DNA of 43,016 bases from Bacteroidota bacterium (GCA_051746885.1 JBNJFN010000001.1:1-43016); one strand, 5' to 3'; shown: positions 18,880 through 27,200, numbered from the stretch's first letter. Notes: generated by a model from the sequence alone, not told the origin. A program made the numbers and translations.

Positions 18880-19302
18880 ATGGAATTTGAATATGAAATA
18901 AAAGGAGGCGATTTTTCCAGGGCCGGTTTTGCTTCCAGTCACCTGAAAAAGATATTGAAGCAGATCAATATTGATCCCAGGCTGATCAAGAAGATCGTAA
19001 TTGCCCTTTATGAGGCTGAAGTCAACATTGTGGCTCATGCATATGAAGGAAAAATTAAGGTGAGCATTGAACCCGAACGGATTAATATGGATGTTTCTGA
19101 TGAAGGACCGGGAATTGAAGACATTGATAAAGCCATGGAAGATGGATATTCTACTGCTTCAGATGAGGTGAGGGAAATGGGCTTTGGAGCAGGTATGGGT
19201 TTGTCCAATATAAGAAATAACGCGGATGAGTTGGAAATTAACAGTACGGTTAGTCAAGGAACTGAACTGAAAATTGTCAAAAAACTAACAAATTATGAAT
19301 AA
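18880..19302 (+). CDS. single-domain GHKL ATPase (SpoIIAB/RsbW-like anti-sigma/Ser-kinase fold)
   Basis: 140 aa. It has an N-box (YEAEVNIVAHAY), a G1 box (DEGPGI) and a G2 box (GFGAGMGL). There is no HisKA/DHp domain. Confidence 0.75.
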   Translation: MEFEYEIKGGDFSRAGFASSHLKKILKQINIDPRLIKKIVIALYEAEVNIVAHAYEGKIKVSIEPERINMDVSDEGPGIEDIDKAMEDGYSTASDEVREMGFGAGMGLSNIRNNADELEINSTVSQGTELKIVKKLTNYE

Positions 19303-20656
19303 ACAAGCTTTTCATCATGCATTGAAGATACAAAAGGAGATTTGTATCGGTTGTGCCCATTGCATGAATGTGTGTCCTACCGGTGCATTACGGGTGCGTG
19401 AAGGTAAAGCGGTTTTGCTCGAAGAAAGATGTGTGGATTGTGGAGAATGTTATCGTGCTTGTCCTGTGAATGCAATTTCTGTTGAACAGGACGATTTTAA
19501 CCGGGTATATGATTTCAGTTATAGTGTAGTGCTGGTACCGGAGATTTTATTCGGGCAATTTCCGGAAGATGTGGATAAAGATTTGATCAAAGAGACTTTA
19601 CAGGAAATTGGTTTTAATGAGGTGGTGGAGGTTGAACATGCAGCAGAAATACTGAAAGACAGCACAAAAGCATATATCCGGAATACCAGCCAGGAGAAGC
19701 CGCTTATTTCTGCTTTTTGTCCTGCCATAGTGCGGCTTATTCAGGTAAGATTTCCCTCTCTGGTGGCTCAGATAATTTTGCAGAAACCTCCGCTGGATCT
19801 TACTGCCCTTTACTACAAACAGAAACTTAGCGATCAGGGCATGGATCCTGCCGACACAGGCATCTTCTATGTCACCCAATGTGCGGCCAAGATTGCCTCA
19901 GTAAAAAGTCCGGTAGGCGATACCCATGCTAATATCGATGGAGTGATCAACCTGGATTTTCTGTATAATAAAATTTATTCCACATTGAAAGCCCGTAATG
20001 ATTCCAGGGAAGCTACCTCCTCTTCTGATGATACCCTTTCATCTGAAGGCGTTAGGTGGAGCCTTACCCACGGAGAGGCGGATAATTGTGAAGGTAGATG
20101 TCTTGCAATTGATGGAATAAACAATGTCATTGAGATTCTTGAAAAGGTAGAAGACGGGGAGATGGATGATGTAGACTTTCTGGAACTCCGGGCTTGCGAT
20201 GAGAGTTGTGCCGGGGGCATACTTAATCCCGCCAACCGGTTTTTAACTGTGGAACGCTTAAGAAATAAAGCCAAGAAGCTGAAACTAGAGGAGATCTCGG
20301 GAGAAAAGTCTGAATCGGGTATCATTAACTATGAATGCTACTTGCTGGAGAATATAGAGCTGCATCCTGTTACTCCCCGGTCCATAATGAAACTGGATGA
20401 GGATATGACCCGTGCGCTTAAGAAGATGCGCAGAGTGAAAGATCTGATGAATACATTACCAGGGGTGGACTGCGGTGTATGTGGAACTCCCAGTTGTTCG
20501 GCGCTCGCTGAGGATATTGTGAATCATGATGCCAGCCTTAAGGACTGCATTTTTATACAAAGGAAATATGAACACAATAACCTTCAACGGCCTGAAGATT
20601 CTTATGAGATCATGAAAAATATATGGGGAAAAAATAAATTGAATAACAATAAATAA
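19295..20656 (+). CDS. HydS-like (putative sensory) [FeFe]-hydrogenase homolog
   Basis: It has two N-terminal CxxCxxCxxxCP ferredoxin motifs. The H-cluster motifs are degenerate: SAFCP, VTQCAAK and ELRACDESCAGG. The C-terminal motif is CGVCGTPSC-x16-C (Cx2Cx4Cx16C). The start overlaps the preceding gene by 8 nt. Confidence 0.85.
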   Translation: MNKQAFHHALKIQKEICIGCAHCMNVCPTGALRVREGKAVLLEERCVDCGECYRACPVNAISVEQDDFNRVYDFSYSVVLVPEILFGQFPEDVDKDLIKETLQEIGFNEVVEVEHAAEILKDSTKAYIRNTSQEKPLISAFCPAIVRLIQVRFPSLVAQIILQKPPLDLTALYYKQKLSDQGMDPADTGIFYVTQCAAKIASVKSPVGDTHANIDGVINLDFLYNKIYSTLKARNDSREATSSSDDTLSSEGVRWSLTHGEADNCEGRCLAIDGINNVIEILEKVEDGEMDDVDFLELRACDESCAGGILNPANRFLTVERLRNKAKKLKLEEISGEKSESGIINYECYLLENIELHPVTPRSIMKLDEDMTRALKKMRRVKDLMNTLPGVDCGVCGTPSCSALAEDIVNHDASLKDCIFIQRKYEHNNLQRPEDSYEIMKNIWGKNKLNNNK

Positions 20657-20667
20657 AATAGAGCTTT

Positions 20668-21015
20668 ATGAACGTGTCAGATTTGGTAAATGATTTAGGG
20701 TTGGTTGTATATAGCGGTAAGAAGGGTTTGGAACGAGCCATAAAAGGAGGGTACACTTCAGATCTCTTGAGTGATGTGATGGGAAATGCAAAGGAGGGGC
20801 AGGTTTGGGTAACGTTACAGACCCATAAGAATGTAGCCGCCATTGCATCACTCAAAGATCTTGCTGCAGTGATACTGGTAAAAGGTAATCGTCCCGATGA
20901 AGATACCGCGCGGCATAGTGATGAAGAAGGAGTGCCTGTACTGGGAAGCGATCAGAATGCTTTTGAGATTACAGGCCAAATATATGAAAAACTTAAAGGG
21001 CATGAAATTATATAG
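20668..21015 (+). CDS. DRTGG-domain protein (paralog 2)
   Basis: 115 aa. TSDLLSDVM and the overall pattern parallel the 18490 gene. Confidence 0.65.
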   Translation: MNVSDLVNDLGLVVYSGKKGLERAIKGGYTSDLLSDVMGNAKEGQVWVTLQTHKNVAAIASLKDLAAVILVKGNRPDEDTARHSDEEGVPVLGSDQNAFEITGQIYEKLKGHEII

Positions 21016-21742
21016 AGCCGACCTCCATATCCATACCGTATTGTCTCCCTGTGGCAGTCTGGAGATGAGCCCCGGCCATATTATCTCCAGGGCTAAAGAG
21101 AAAGGTTTGGATATTCTTGGAATCACCGATCACAATTCAACCCGGCAATGTAAGGTAATGAAACAGGTCGGTGCCAGGGAAGGGATTCATATTTTATGCG
21201 GTGTGGAGATAAACACAAGGGAAGAGGTTCACTGTCTGGCTTTTTTCGAACATGCCGGAAGTCTTGAAGCTTTTGAGAAACTGATAGACAATCACTTGCC
21301 CGATGTCAGGAATGATCCTGAAAAATTCGGTTATCAGGCAGTGGTGGATGAAAATGAGCAAATACTGGATCAACCAGAGAAGCTGCTCATAAATGCCATC
21401 GATTTGAGTATTGAAGCGGTTGAAAATAAGGTCCATGAGATGGGAGGCATTTTTATTCCTGCCCATATCGACCGGGTGCGGAACGGTATCATTGCTCAGC
21501 TTGGTTTCATTCCCGGCGCTTTACACTGTGATGCCCTGGAAATATCTCCTTTTACTGATCATAAGAGCATCCTGGCTGAGTATGATTATTTAGAGAAATA
21601 TATGTTTGTTCAGGGCTCAGATGCACATTATCCTGAGGATATAGGTAAGGGGTACACCTTATTTTCCCTTGAAAATGCTGAATTTGCCGAGATTAAGATG
21701 GCTTTGGGTGGTATTAACGGACGAAAAACGGAGATTGTATGA
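21002..21742 (+). CDS. PHP-domain metal-dependent phosphoesterase
   Basis: MKLYRADLHIHTVLSPCG, GITDHN and GVEINTREEVHCLAFF are PHP motifs. The start is placed at the ATG at 21002, which overlaps the upstream gene by 14 nt. Confidence 0.85.
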   Translation: MKLYRADLHIHTVLSPCGSLEMSPGHIISRAKEKGLDILGITDHNSTRQCKVMKQVGAREGIHILCGVEINTREEVHCLAFFEHAGSLEAFEKLIDNHLPDVRNDPEKFGYQAVVDENEQILDQPEKLLINAIDLSIEAVENKVHEMGGIFIPAHIDRVRNGIIAQLGFIPGALHCDALEISPFTDHKSILAEYDYLEKYMFVQGSDAHYPEDIGKGYTLFSLENAEFAEIKMALGGINGRKTEIV

Positions 21743-22308
21743 AAACCTTGTCGTATCATATATTGGATATAGTCCAGAATTCCATTAACGCAGGAGCTGA
21801 TTTGATAGAAATCGCTATCAGCGAAAACGATCAAAAGGGACTTTTTACCATTATCATCGAAGACAATGGTAAAGGGATGGATCGGGAAACCCTCCGAAAA
21901 GCCATAGATCCATACTTTTCTACAAGAAAGGAGAGGAATGTGGGTTTGGGACTGTCTTTGCTCAAACAAAATACCGAAAGAACAGGAGGAAAATTTACAA
22001 TGGATTCCACTCCCGGGGAAGGAACCCGTGTACAGGCCGAATTTGTAAAGCATCATATTGACTGCCCTGCTATTGGTGATTTGGCCGGAACCATTCATCA
22101 GATTATTGTATCCAACCCCGGGAAGGATTTTGTTTACCGGCATAACAAGAACAGCGTAGGTTTTGAGATCGATTCCCGGCAGATAAAAGAGGTTCTGGAC
22201 CATTTGCCGCTTTATCATCCGGAAATAAGCCAATATATAGATGAAATGATTCGGGAAAACCTGAATGAGCTGAGGGAAGAAGCCGATACAATCAATGAAT
22301 TTCCTTGA
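21739..22308 (+). CDS. single-domain GHKL ATPase (second copy) with a C-terminal extension
   Basis: 189 aa. It has an N-box (ILDIVQNSINAG), a G1 box (EDNGKGM) and a G2 box (GLGLSL). An ATGA overlap links it to the PHP gene. Confidence 0.75.
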   Translation: MKTLSYHILDIVQNSINAGADLIEIAISENDQKGLFTIIIEDNGKGMDRETLRKAIDPYFSTRKERNVGLGLSLLKQNTERTGGKFTMDSTPGEGTRVQAEFVKHHIDCPAIGDLAGTIHQIIVSNPGKDFVYRHNKNSVGFEIDSRQIKEVLDHLPLYHPEISQYIDEMIRENLNELREEADTINEFP

Positions 22309-22325
22309 TTGTTATCCATTTGTTT

Positions 22326-22400
22326 ATTATTTAGAATCTGTCTAAATTAAATGTTAATTTAATAACAGTGTTAAAAAAATAACAATAAATATTATATTTG
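22326..22400 (+). promoter_or_regulatory. promoter/operator block, copy 2 (upstream of the hydrogenase structural operon)
   Basis: It has the same 33-nt core (22358-22390) and TATATTTG box (22393-22400) as copy 1. Confidence 0.55.
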
Positions 22401-22460
22401 TATCGATATTCATGTAATGATAAATAAACAAAATATCCATTTTAAAATATATTGAGAACT

Positions 22461-22859
22461 ATGGCAAAAATTAAATCTCTTGACGACTTAAAAAAGAAAA
22501 AAGAGGATCTGCAAAAAAAGGTAGATCTAAGAGAGCGTGCCGATCATCCTGAAAATTTTGTTCAGATCAAGGTGGGAATGGCTACCAGTGGGATTGCTTC
22601 AGGTGCAAAAGAGGTGATGGATTTTTTGGTCGGGGAATTGGAAAAGCGAAATGTAGAGGCTGTTGTAACTCAGGCAGGAGATATGGGTTATAGCTATGCC
22701 GAACCCACCATTGAGGTGAAAAGACCCGGTGAAGAACCTGTGGTTTTTGGATATGTGGACACCAAAAAAGCGGATGAAATTATTGAAAAATATATTAAAC
22801 GCGGGGAGTTGGTGGATGGTGTGCTGCCACAGAATTACAGAACAATCGATGAGGAATAA
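22461..22859 (+). CDS. thioredoxin-like [2Fe-2S]-ferredoxin-fold protein lacking all cluster cysteines
   Basis: 132 aa from the ATG at 22461. It aligns by eye to the N-terminal domain of the HydB encoded next door. VGMATSGIASGA corresponds to VCGGTGCRASAS, and AGDMGYSYAEPTIEV to TGCFGFCEQGPIV. The protein contains no Cys at all. Confidence 0.65.
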   Translation: MAKIKSLDDLKKKKEDLQKKVDLRERADHPENFVQIKVGMATSGIASGAKEVMDFLVGELEKRNVEAVVTQAGDMGYSYAEPTIEVKRPGEEPVVFGYVDTKKADEIIEKYIKRGELVDGVLPQNYRTIDEE

Positions 22860-22880
22860 TCAAAAACAGGAGGATTGATC

Positions 22881-24674
22881 ATGGCAAACTATAAGATGCA
22901 CTTGCTTGTTTGTGGTGGCACAGGATGTCGTGCCTCAGCAAGTGATTCCATTGGAGAGAGTCTGAAACAAAAACTTGAGGAAAACAACCTCGAGGATGAA
23001 GTTCAGGTTATCATGACCGGTTGTTTTGGCTTTTGTGAACAAGGGCCTATTGTTAAAATACTACCGGATAATACATTCTATACGCAGGTTAAACCTGAGG
23101 ACAGTCAGGAAATTGTGCAGGAACACGTCATCAAGGGCCGACAGGTGGAGCGATTGCTTTATAAGGATCCTGAGAAAGGTGAACCCATCCATGATTCCAG
23201 GAAGATGGATTTCTATAAAAAACAGATCAGGATAGCCCTCAGAAATTGTGGTTTCATTGATCCGGAAAACATTGATGAGTACATTGCCAGGGATGGATAT
23301 TTTGCTTTGGGCACTGTACTGAAGGATATGAGCCAGGAGGAAGTGATCAGTGAAATTAAGGAATCCGGGTTAAGAGGCCGTGGGGGAGGAGGATTCCCCG
23401 CAGGCTTGAAATGGGACTTTGCCTATAAGAATGAATCCGATCAGAAATACGTGGTTTGTAATGCCGATGAAGGCGATCCGGGTGCTTTCATGGACCGTTC
23501 CATACTTGAGGGCGACCCCCATGCTGTGCTCGAGGCCATGACCATTTGCGGTTACGCCATTGGCGCCGATAAGGGGTTGATTTATATTAGAGCAGAATAT
23601 CCCTTAGCGATCAAGAGACTTAAAATTGCCATAGATCAGGCCAGACAATACGGTTTGCTGGGAGAAGGTATTTTTGACACCGGTTTTAATTTTGATATAC
23701 AGTTGCGTTATGGTGCAGGCGCCTTTGTATGCGGTGAAGAAACGGCTTTAATCCATTCCATGGAAGGAGACCGAGGCGAACCTACCTTTAAACCCCCTTT
23801 CCCTGCCGAATCAGGTTATCTTGGAAAACCCACAAATGTAAATAATGTGGAGACTTACGCCAATGTTCCGGTGATCATCAATAAAGGTGCCGGATGGTAT
23901 AGTAAGATCGGAACGGAAAAATCCAAGGGTACCAAGGTTTTTGCATTGGCCGGAAAGGTTAATAATGTTGGACTGATAGAAGTGCCAATGGGTACAACGC
24001 TCAGAGAAGTGATCTTTGAGATTGGCGGAGGCATTAAAGAAGGAAAGAAGTTTAAGGCAGTCCAAACCGGTGGCCCATCAGGAGGATGTTTGACGGAAGA
24101 TCACCTGGATACCCCCATCGATTTTGATAACCTGCTGGCGGCAGGATCCATTATGGGTTCAGGTGGTATGGTGGTTATGGATGAAGACGATTGTATGGTG
24201 TCGGTCGCCAAATTCTTCCTGGAATTCACCGTGGAGGAATCCTGCGGCAAGTGTTCTCCCTGCCGGATTGGAAATAAGCGGATGCATGAGTTGCTTGAAC
24301 GAATTACTCAAGGGAAAGCTGAAAGAAAGGATATTCAGCGTCTTAAGAATATGAGCCACGTCATTGCCGATACTTCCCTGTGTGGATTGGGCCAGACCGC
24401 ACCAAGTCCGGTGCTTTCTACACTGCAAAATTTCTGGGATGAGTATCTGGCTCATGTGGAGGATCAGCGTTGCCCGGCCGGAGCTTGCAAAGAACTCATG
24501 CGTTACGAGATTATCCCGGAAAACTGTGTGGGCTGTACCGCATGTGCCCGTAAATGTCCGGTCGGGGCAATAACCGGCGAAAGGAAACAGGTGCATTATA
24601 TCGACCAGGATAAGTGTATAAAATGCGGTGCATGTGTGCAAGCTTGTAAATTTGATGCGGTAATAATAAAATAA
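22881..24674 (+). CDS. hydB: NuoF-like flavoprotein subunit of a NAD(H)-linked / bifurcating-type [FeFe]-hydrogenase
   Basis: It has an N-terminal Trx-like 2Fe-2S domain, GGGFPAGLKW (FMN), ESCGKCSPCR (4Fe-4S) and two C-terminal ferredoxin motifs (CVGCTACARKCP, CIKCGACVQAC). AGGAGG lies 7 nt upstream of the ATG at 22881. Confidence 0.9.
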   Translation: MANYKMHLLVCGGTGCRASASDSIGESLKQKLEENNLEDEVQVIMTGCFGFCEQGPIVKILPDNTFYTQVKPEDSQEIVQEHVIKGRQVERLLYKDPEKGEPIHDSRKMDFYKKQIRIALRNCGFIDPENIDEYIARDGYFALGTVLKDMSQEEVISEIKESGLRGRGGGGFPAGLKWDFAYKNESDQKYVVCNADEGDPGAFMDRSILEGDPHAVLEAMTICGYAIGADKGLIYIRAEYPLAIKRLKIAIDQARQYGLLGEGIFDTGFNFDIQLRYGAGAFVCGEETALIHSMEGDRGEPTFKPPFPAESGYLGKPTNVNNVETYANVPVIINKGAGWYSKIGTEKSKGTKVFALAGKVNNVGLIEVPMGTTLREVIFEIGGGIKEGKKFKAVQTGGPSGGCLTEDHLDTPIDFDNLLAAGSIMGSGGMVVMDEDDCMVSVAKFFLEFTVEESCGKCSPCRIGNKRMHELLERITQGKAERKDIQRLKNMSHVIADTSLCGLGQTAPSPVLSTLQNFWDEYLAHVEDQRCPAGACKELMRYEIIPENCVGCTACARKCPVGAITGERKQVHYIDQDKCIKCGACVQACKFDAVIIK

Positions 24675-24684
24675 GGATATAACA

Positions 24685-26463
24685 ATGGAACAAGTTCAAT
24701 TAACCATAGATGATAAGCAGGTTGAGGTTCCCAAAGGAACGACCATATATAAGGCAGCCAAACAGGTTGGTATTGATATCCCTGTGTTATGCTACATGAA
24801 TCTGGAAGACATTGGTGTGGAAAATAAGCCGGGAGGATGCCGGGTGTGCAGTGTGGAAGTGGAAGGCAGGAAGAATCTTGCCCCTGCCTGCGCAACGGAG
24901 GTGTATGACGGAATGGTGGTAAAAACCCATACCATGCGGGTAATCAATGCGCGAAGGACCATCGTGGAGTTTATCCTCTCCGACCATCCCAAAGATTGTT
25001 TGACCTGCAAGAAGTCAGGTAACTGTGAGTTGCAGGATCTGGCAATACGGCTGGGAATCCGTGAGATCCCCGGACAGGAATACGCGGAGATGTCAACCTA
25101 TAAAACCGATTATTCACCTTCTATCGTTAGGGAGCTGGACAAATGCATTATGTGCAGAAGGTGTGAGAAAATGTGCAATGATTTCCAAACTGTTGGCGCT
25201 TTGTATGCTTTTAACAGGGGTTTTGATGCAGCGGTGGCACCTGCATTTGAAATGGACCTGCAGTATTCACCCTGCACCTATTGTGGGCAGTGTGTAGCTG
25301 TTTGTCCCACCGGTGCCTTAACTGAGGTGGATCATTCCCGTGACCTGATCGATGCCATTTCCGATCCCAATACAACGGTGATCGCACAGACGGCACCCGC
25401 TGTTCGTGCAGCATTGGGTGAGGAATTCGGGTATGAGCCCGGTACCCTCGTTACCGGAAAGATGGTTACCGCCCTGCGCAGACTCGGATTTGACTATGTT
25501 TTTGATACCGACTTTGCAGCAGATTTGACTATCATGGAAGAAGGAGCTGAATTGCTCGAGCGTCTCTCTAAATACCTGGATGGCGATAAAGAAGTGAAGA
25601 TGCCAATGCTGACTTCCTGTTGTCCGGCATGGGTTCGTTTTATCGAGCATCATTTCCCGGAAATGAAAGATATACCTTCATCGGCTCGTTCTCCCCAACA
25701 GATGTTCGGCTCGGTAGCAAAAACTTATTTTGCGGAGCAGATTGATAAGAAAAGGGAAGATGTGGTGGTGGTATCCATTATGCCCTGCCTTGCCAAGAAA
25801 TATGAAAGCCAGCGGGAAGAGTTCAGGGTAGATGACAACCCGGATGTGGATTTTTCTGTTACTACGCGTGAGTTGGCCCATCTGATCAAAGAGGCGAATT
25901 TCCATCTGAAAGATATGGAAGACGAAGATTTTGACCGGCCTATGGGTGAGTCTACCGGTGCGGGCGTCATGTTTGGGACCACCGGAGGTGTGATTGAGGC
26001 AGCAACCAGAACAGCCTACGAAATGTATACGGGCAATAGCCTGGATGAGCATATTGAGTTTGAACAATTGCGGGGATTTGAAGCCATTCGGAAAGCTACC
26101 GTGGATTTTAACGGCACACAGATCAATATTGGTATAGCCCATGGGTTAGGTAGTGCAAGAAAGCTTCTGGAAGAAATAAAGGAAGGGGTATCGGAATTCC
26201 ATGCTATTGAAATCATGGCTTGTCCAGGTGGATGTATTGGTGGAGGAGGACAACCCTTACATCATAACGATACAGGTATCCTTAAGGCACGACAACAGGC
26301 AATATACCAGGAGGATAAAAATAAACCGATCAGGAAATCTCATGAAAATCCTGAAATTAAGAAGCTATATGAGGAATATCTTGGCAAACCACTGGGAGAA
26401 AAAGCCCACAAGTTGCTACATACCCGGTATTTCGATTTGAGCCGGAAAATTGAAATCGAATGA
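24685..26463 (+). CDS. hydA: [FeFe]-hydrogenase catalytic subunit (multi-cluster, HydABC type)
   Basis: It has an N-terminal 2Fe-2S domain and HPKDCLTCKKSGNCELQ, plus CIMCRRCEKMC and CTYCGQCVAVCP. The canonical H-cluster motifs TSCCPAWV, MPCLAKKYE and EIMACPGGCIGGGGQP are present. Confidence 0.93.
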   Translation: MEQVQLTIDDKQVEVPKGTTIYKAAKQVGIDIPVLCYMNLEDIGVENKPGGCRVCSVEVEGRKNLAPACATEVYDGMVVKTHTMRVINARRTIVEFILSDHPKDCLTCKKSGNCELQDLAIRLGIREIPGQEYAEMSTYKTDYSPSIVRELDKCIMCRRCEKMCNDFQTVGALYAFNRGFDAAVAPAFEMDLQYSPCTYCGQCVAVCPTGALTEVDHSRDLIDAISDPNTTVIAQTAPAVRAALGEEFGYEPGTLVTGKMVTALRRLGFDYVFDTDFAADLTIMEEGAELLERLSKYLDGDKEVKMPMLTSCCPAWVRFIEHHFPEMKDIPSSARSPQQMFGSVAKTYFAEQIDKKREDVVVVSIMPCLAKKYESQREEFRVDDNPDVDFSVTTRELAHLIKEANFHLKDMEDEDFDRPMGESTGAGVMFGTTGGVIEAATRTAYEMYTGNSLDEHIEFEQLRGFEAIRKATVDFNGTQINIGIAHGLGSARKLLEEIKEGVSEFHAIEIMACPGGCIGGGGQPLHHNDTGILKARQQAIYQEDKNKPIRKSHENPEIKKLYEEYLGKPLGEKAHKLLHTRYFDLSRKIEIE

Positions 26464-26494
26464 TTTATCCATTTAAAATCAGGAGGAATAACTC

Positions 26495-26989
26495 ATGTCC
26501 AGTATAAAAGTAAAGTTAAAAGAACAGGATCTGAATAAGATACAAGAGATATGCAAGGCTCACGGCAAAGAGCCGGGTGAATTGATCAACGTCCTGCAGC
26601 AAACACAGGAACATTTTGGTTATCTTCCTGCTGAAGTACAGGAAGCAGTAGCCAGTGAACTTGGTGTCCCTGTAGCAAAGGTGTATGGAGTGGTTACTTT
26701 TTACTCATTCTTTACCATGATCCCGCAGGGCGAACATCCCATTTCCATTTGTACCGGTACTGCATGTTATGTAAGGGGAGCGGATAATGTGCTCCAGGAA
26801 TTCAAAAGACAATTGGGAATAGAAGTTGGAGAAACCACAAATGACGGTAAATTTAGTTTGAATTGTCTCCGCTGTGTTGGAGCATGTGGACTGGCACCTG
26901 TTGTGCTGGTAGGTGATAAAACCTACGGAAGGGTTGCACCCGACGGTGTGAACGAGATCCTTGCCGAATACAAAGATAACGAAGAATAA
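26495..26989 (+). CDS. hydC: NuoE-like [2Fe-2S] subunit of the hydrogenase
   Basis: 164 aa. It shows the NuoE Cys pattern ICTGTACYVRG...CLRCVGACGLAP. AGGAGG lies 8 nt upstream of the ATG. Confidence 0.88.
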   Translation: MSSIKVKLKEQDLNKIQEICKAHGKEPGELINVLQQTQEHFGYLPAEVQEAVASELGVPVAKVYGVVTFYSFFTMIPQGEHPISICTGTACYVRGADNVLQEFKRQLGIEVGETTNDGKFSLNCLRCVGACGLAPVVLVGDKTYGRVAPDGVNEILAEYKDNEE

Positions 26990-27032
26990 ATTTTGGGTTA
27001 GGGGTTCACTGAATGGTTTCAGTGGTTGGTAA

Positions 27033-27067
27033 AAGGTCGCAGTGATTTATCTGCGGCCTTTTTTTTT
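27033..27067 (+). terminator. rho-independent terminator of the hydrogenase operon
   Basis: The stem AAGGTCGCAG (27033-27042) with CTGCGGCCTT (27051-27060) has one G-T pair and is followed by a T9 run. A second small hairpin, CACTGAA/TTCAGTG, lies at 27007-27024. Confidence 0.7.
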
Positions 27068-27200
27068 ACGTGTGTATGTATTATGGGTAAAAGCCATACC
27101 GTGGAGCAAAGAAGTGAATTATTTTCTGCATTGAATTCAACCCGCAGGGAGTTTAAATCCTTCCTTCATAGGTTGGAAATGACCTTCAAAAGGATGAATA

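Noticed and set aside
20897-21001. N-terminal extensions in the ORF track (this one on the PHP gene; also 15556-15585, 18261-18284, 39999-40043, 40729-40785, 29877-29948, 11655-11672 and 5145-5216).
   Set aside because: The extensions start at non-ATG codons or overlap the upstream gene, a terminator or a promoter box. Family-typical N-termini or signal peptides begin at the downstream starts I used.
21628-22233. Long antisense 'shadow' ORFs opposite well-supported genes (this one at 201 aa; also 4435-4995, 24159-24641, 25678-26142, 41799-42269, 6316-6768 and 17158-17550).
   Set aside because: Each lies entirely within a gene whose product has clear family motifs. Their own translations are low-complexity or Cys/Arg/Ser-rich with no recognisable domains. 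This is typical of antisense frames.
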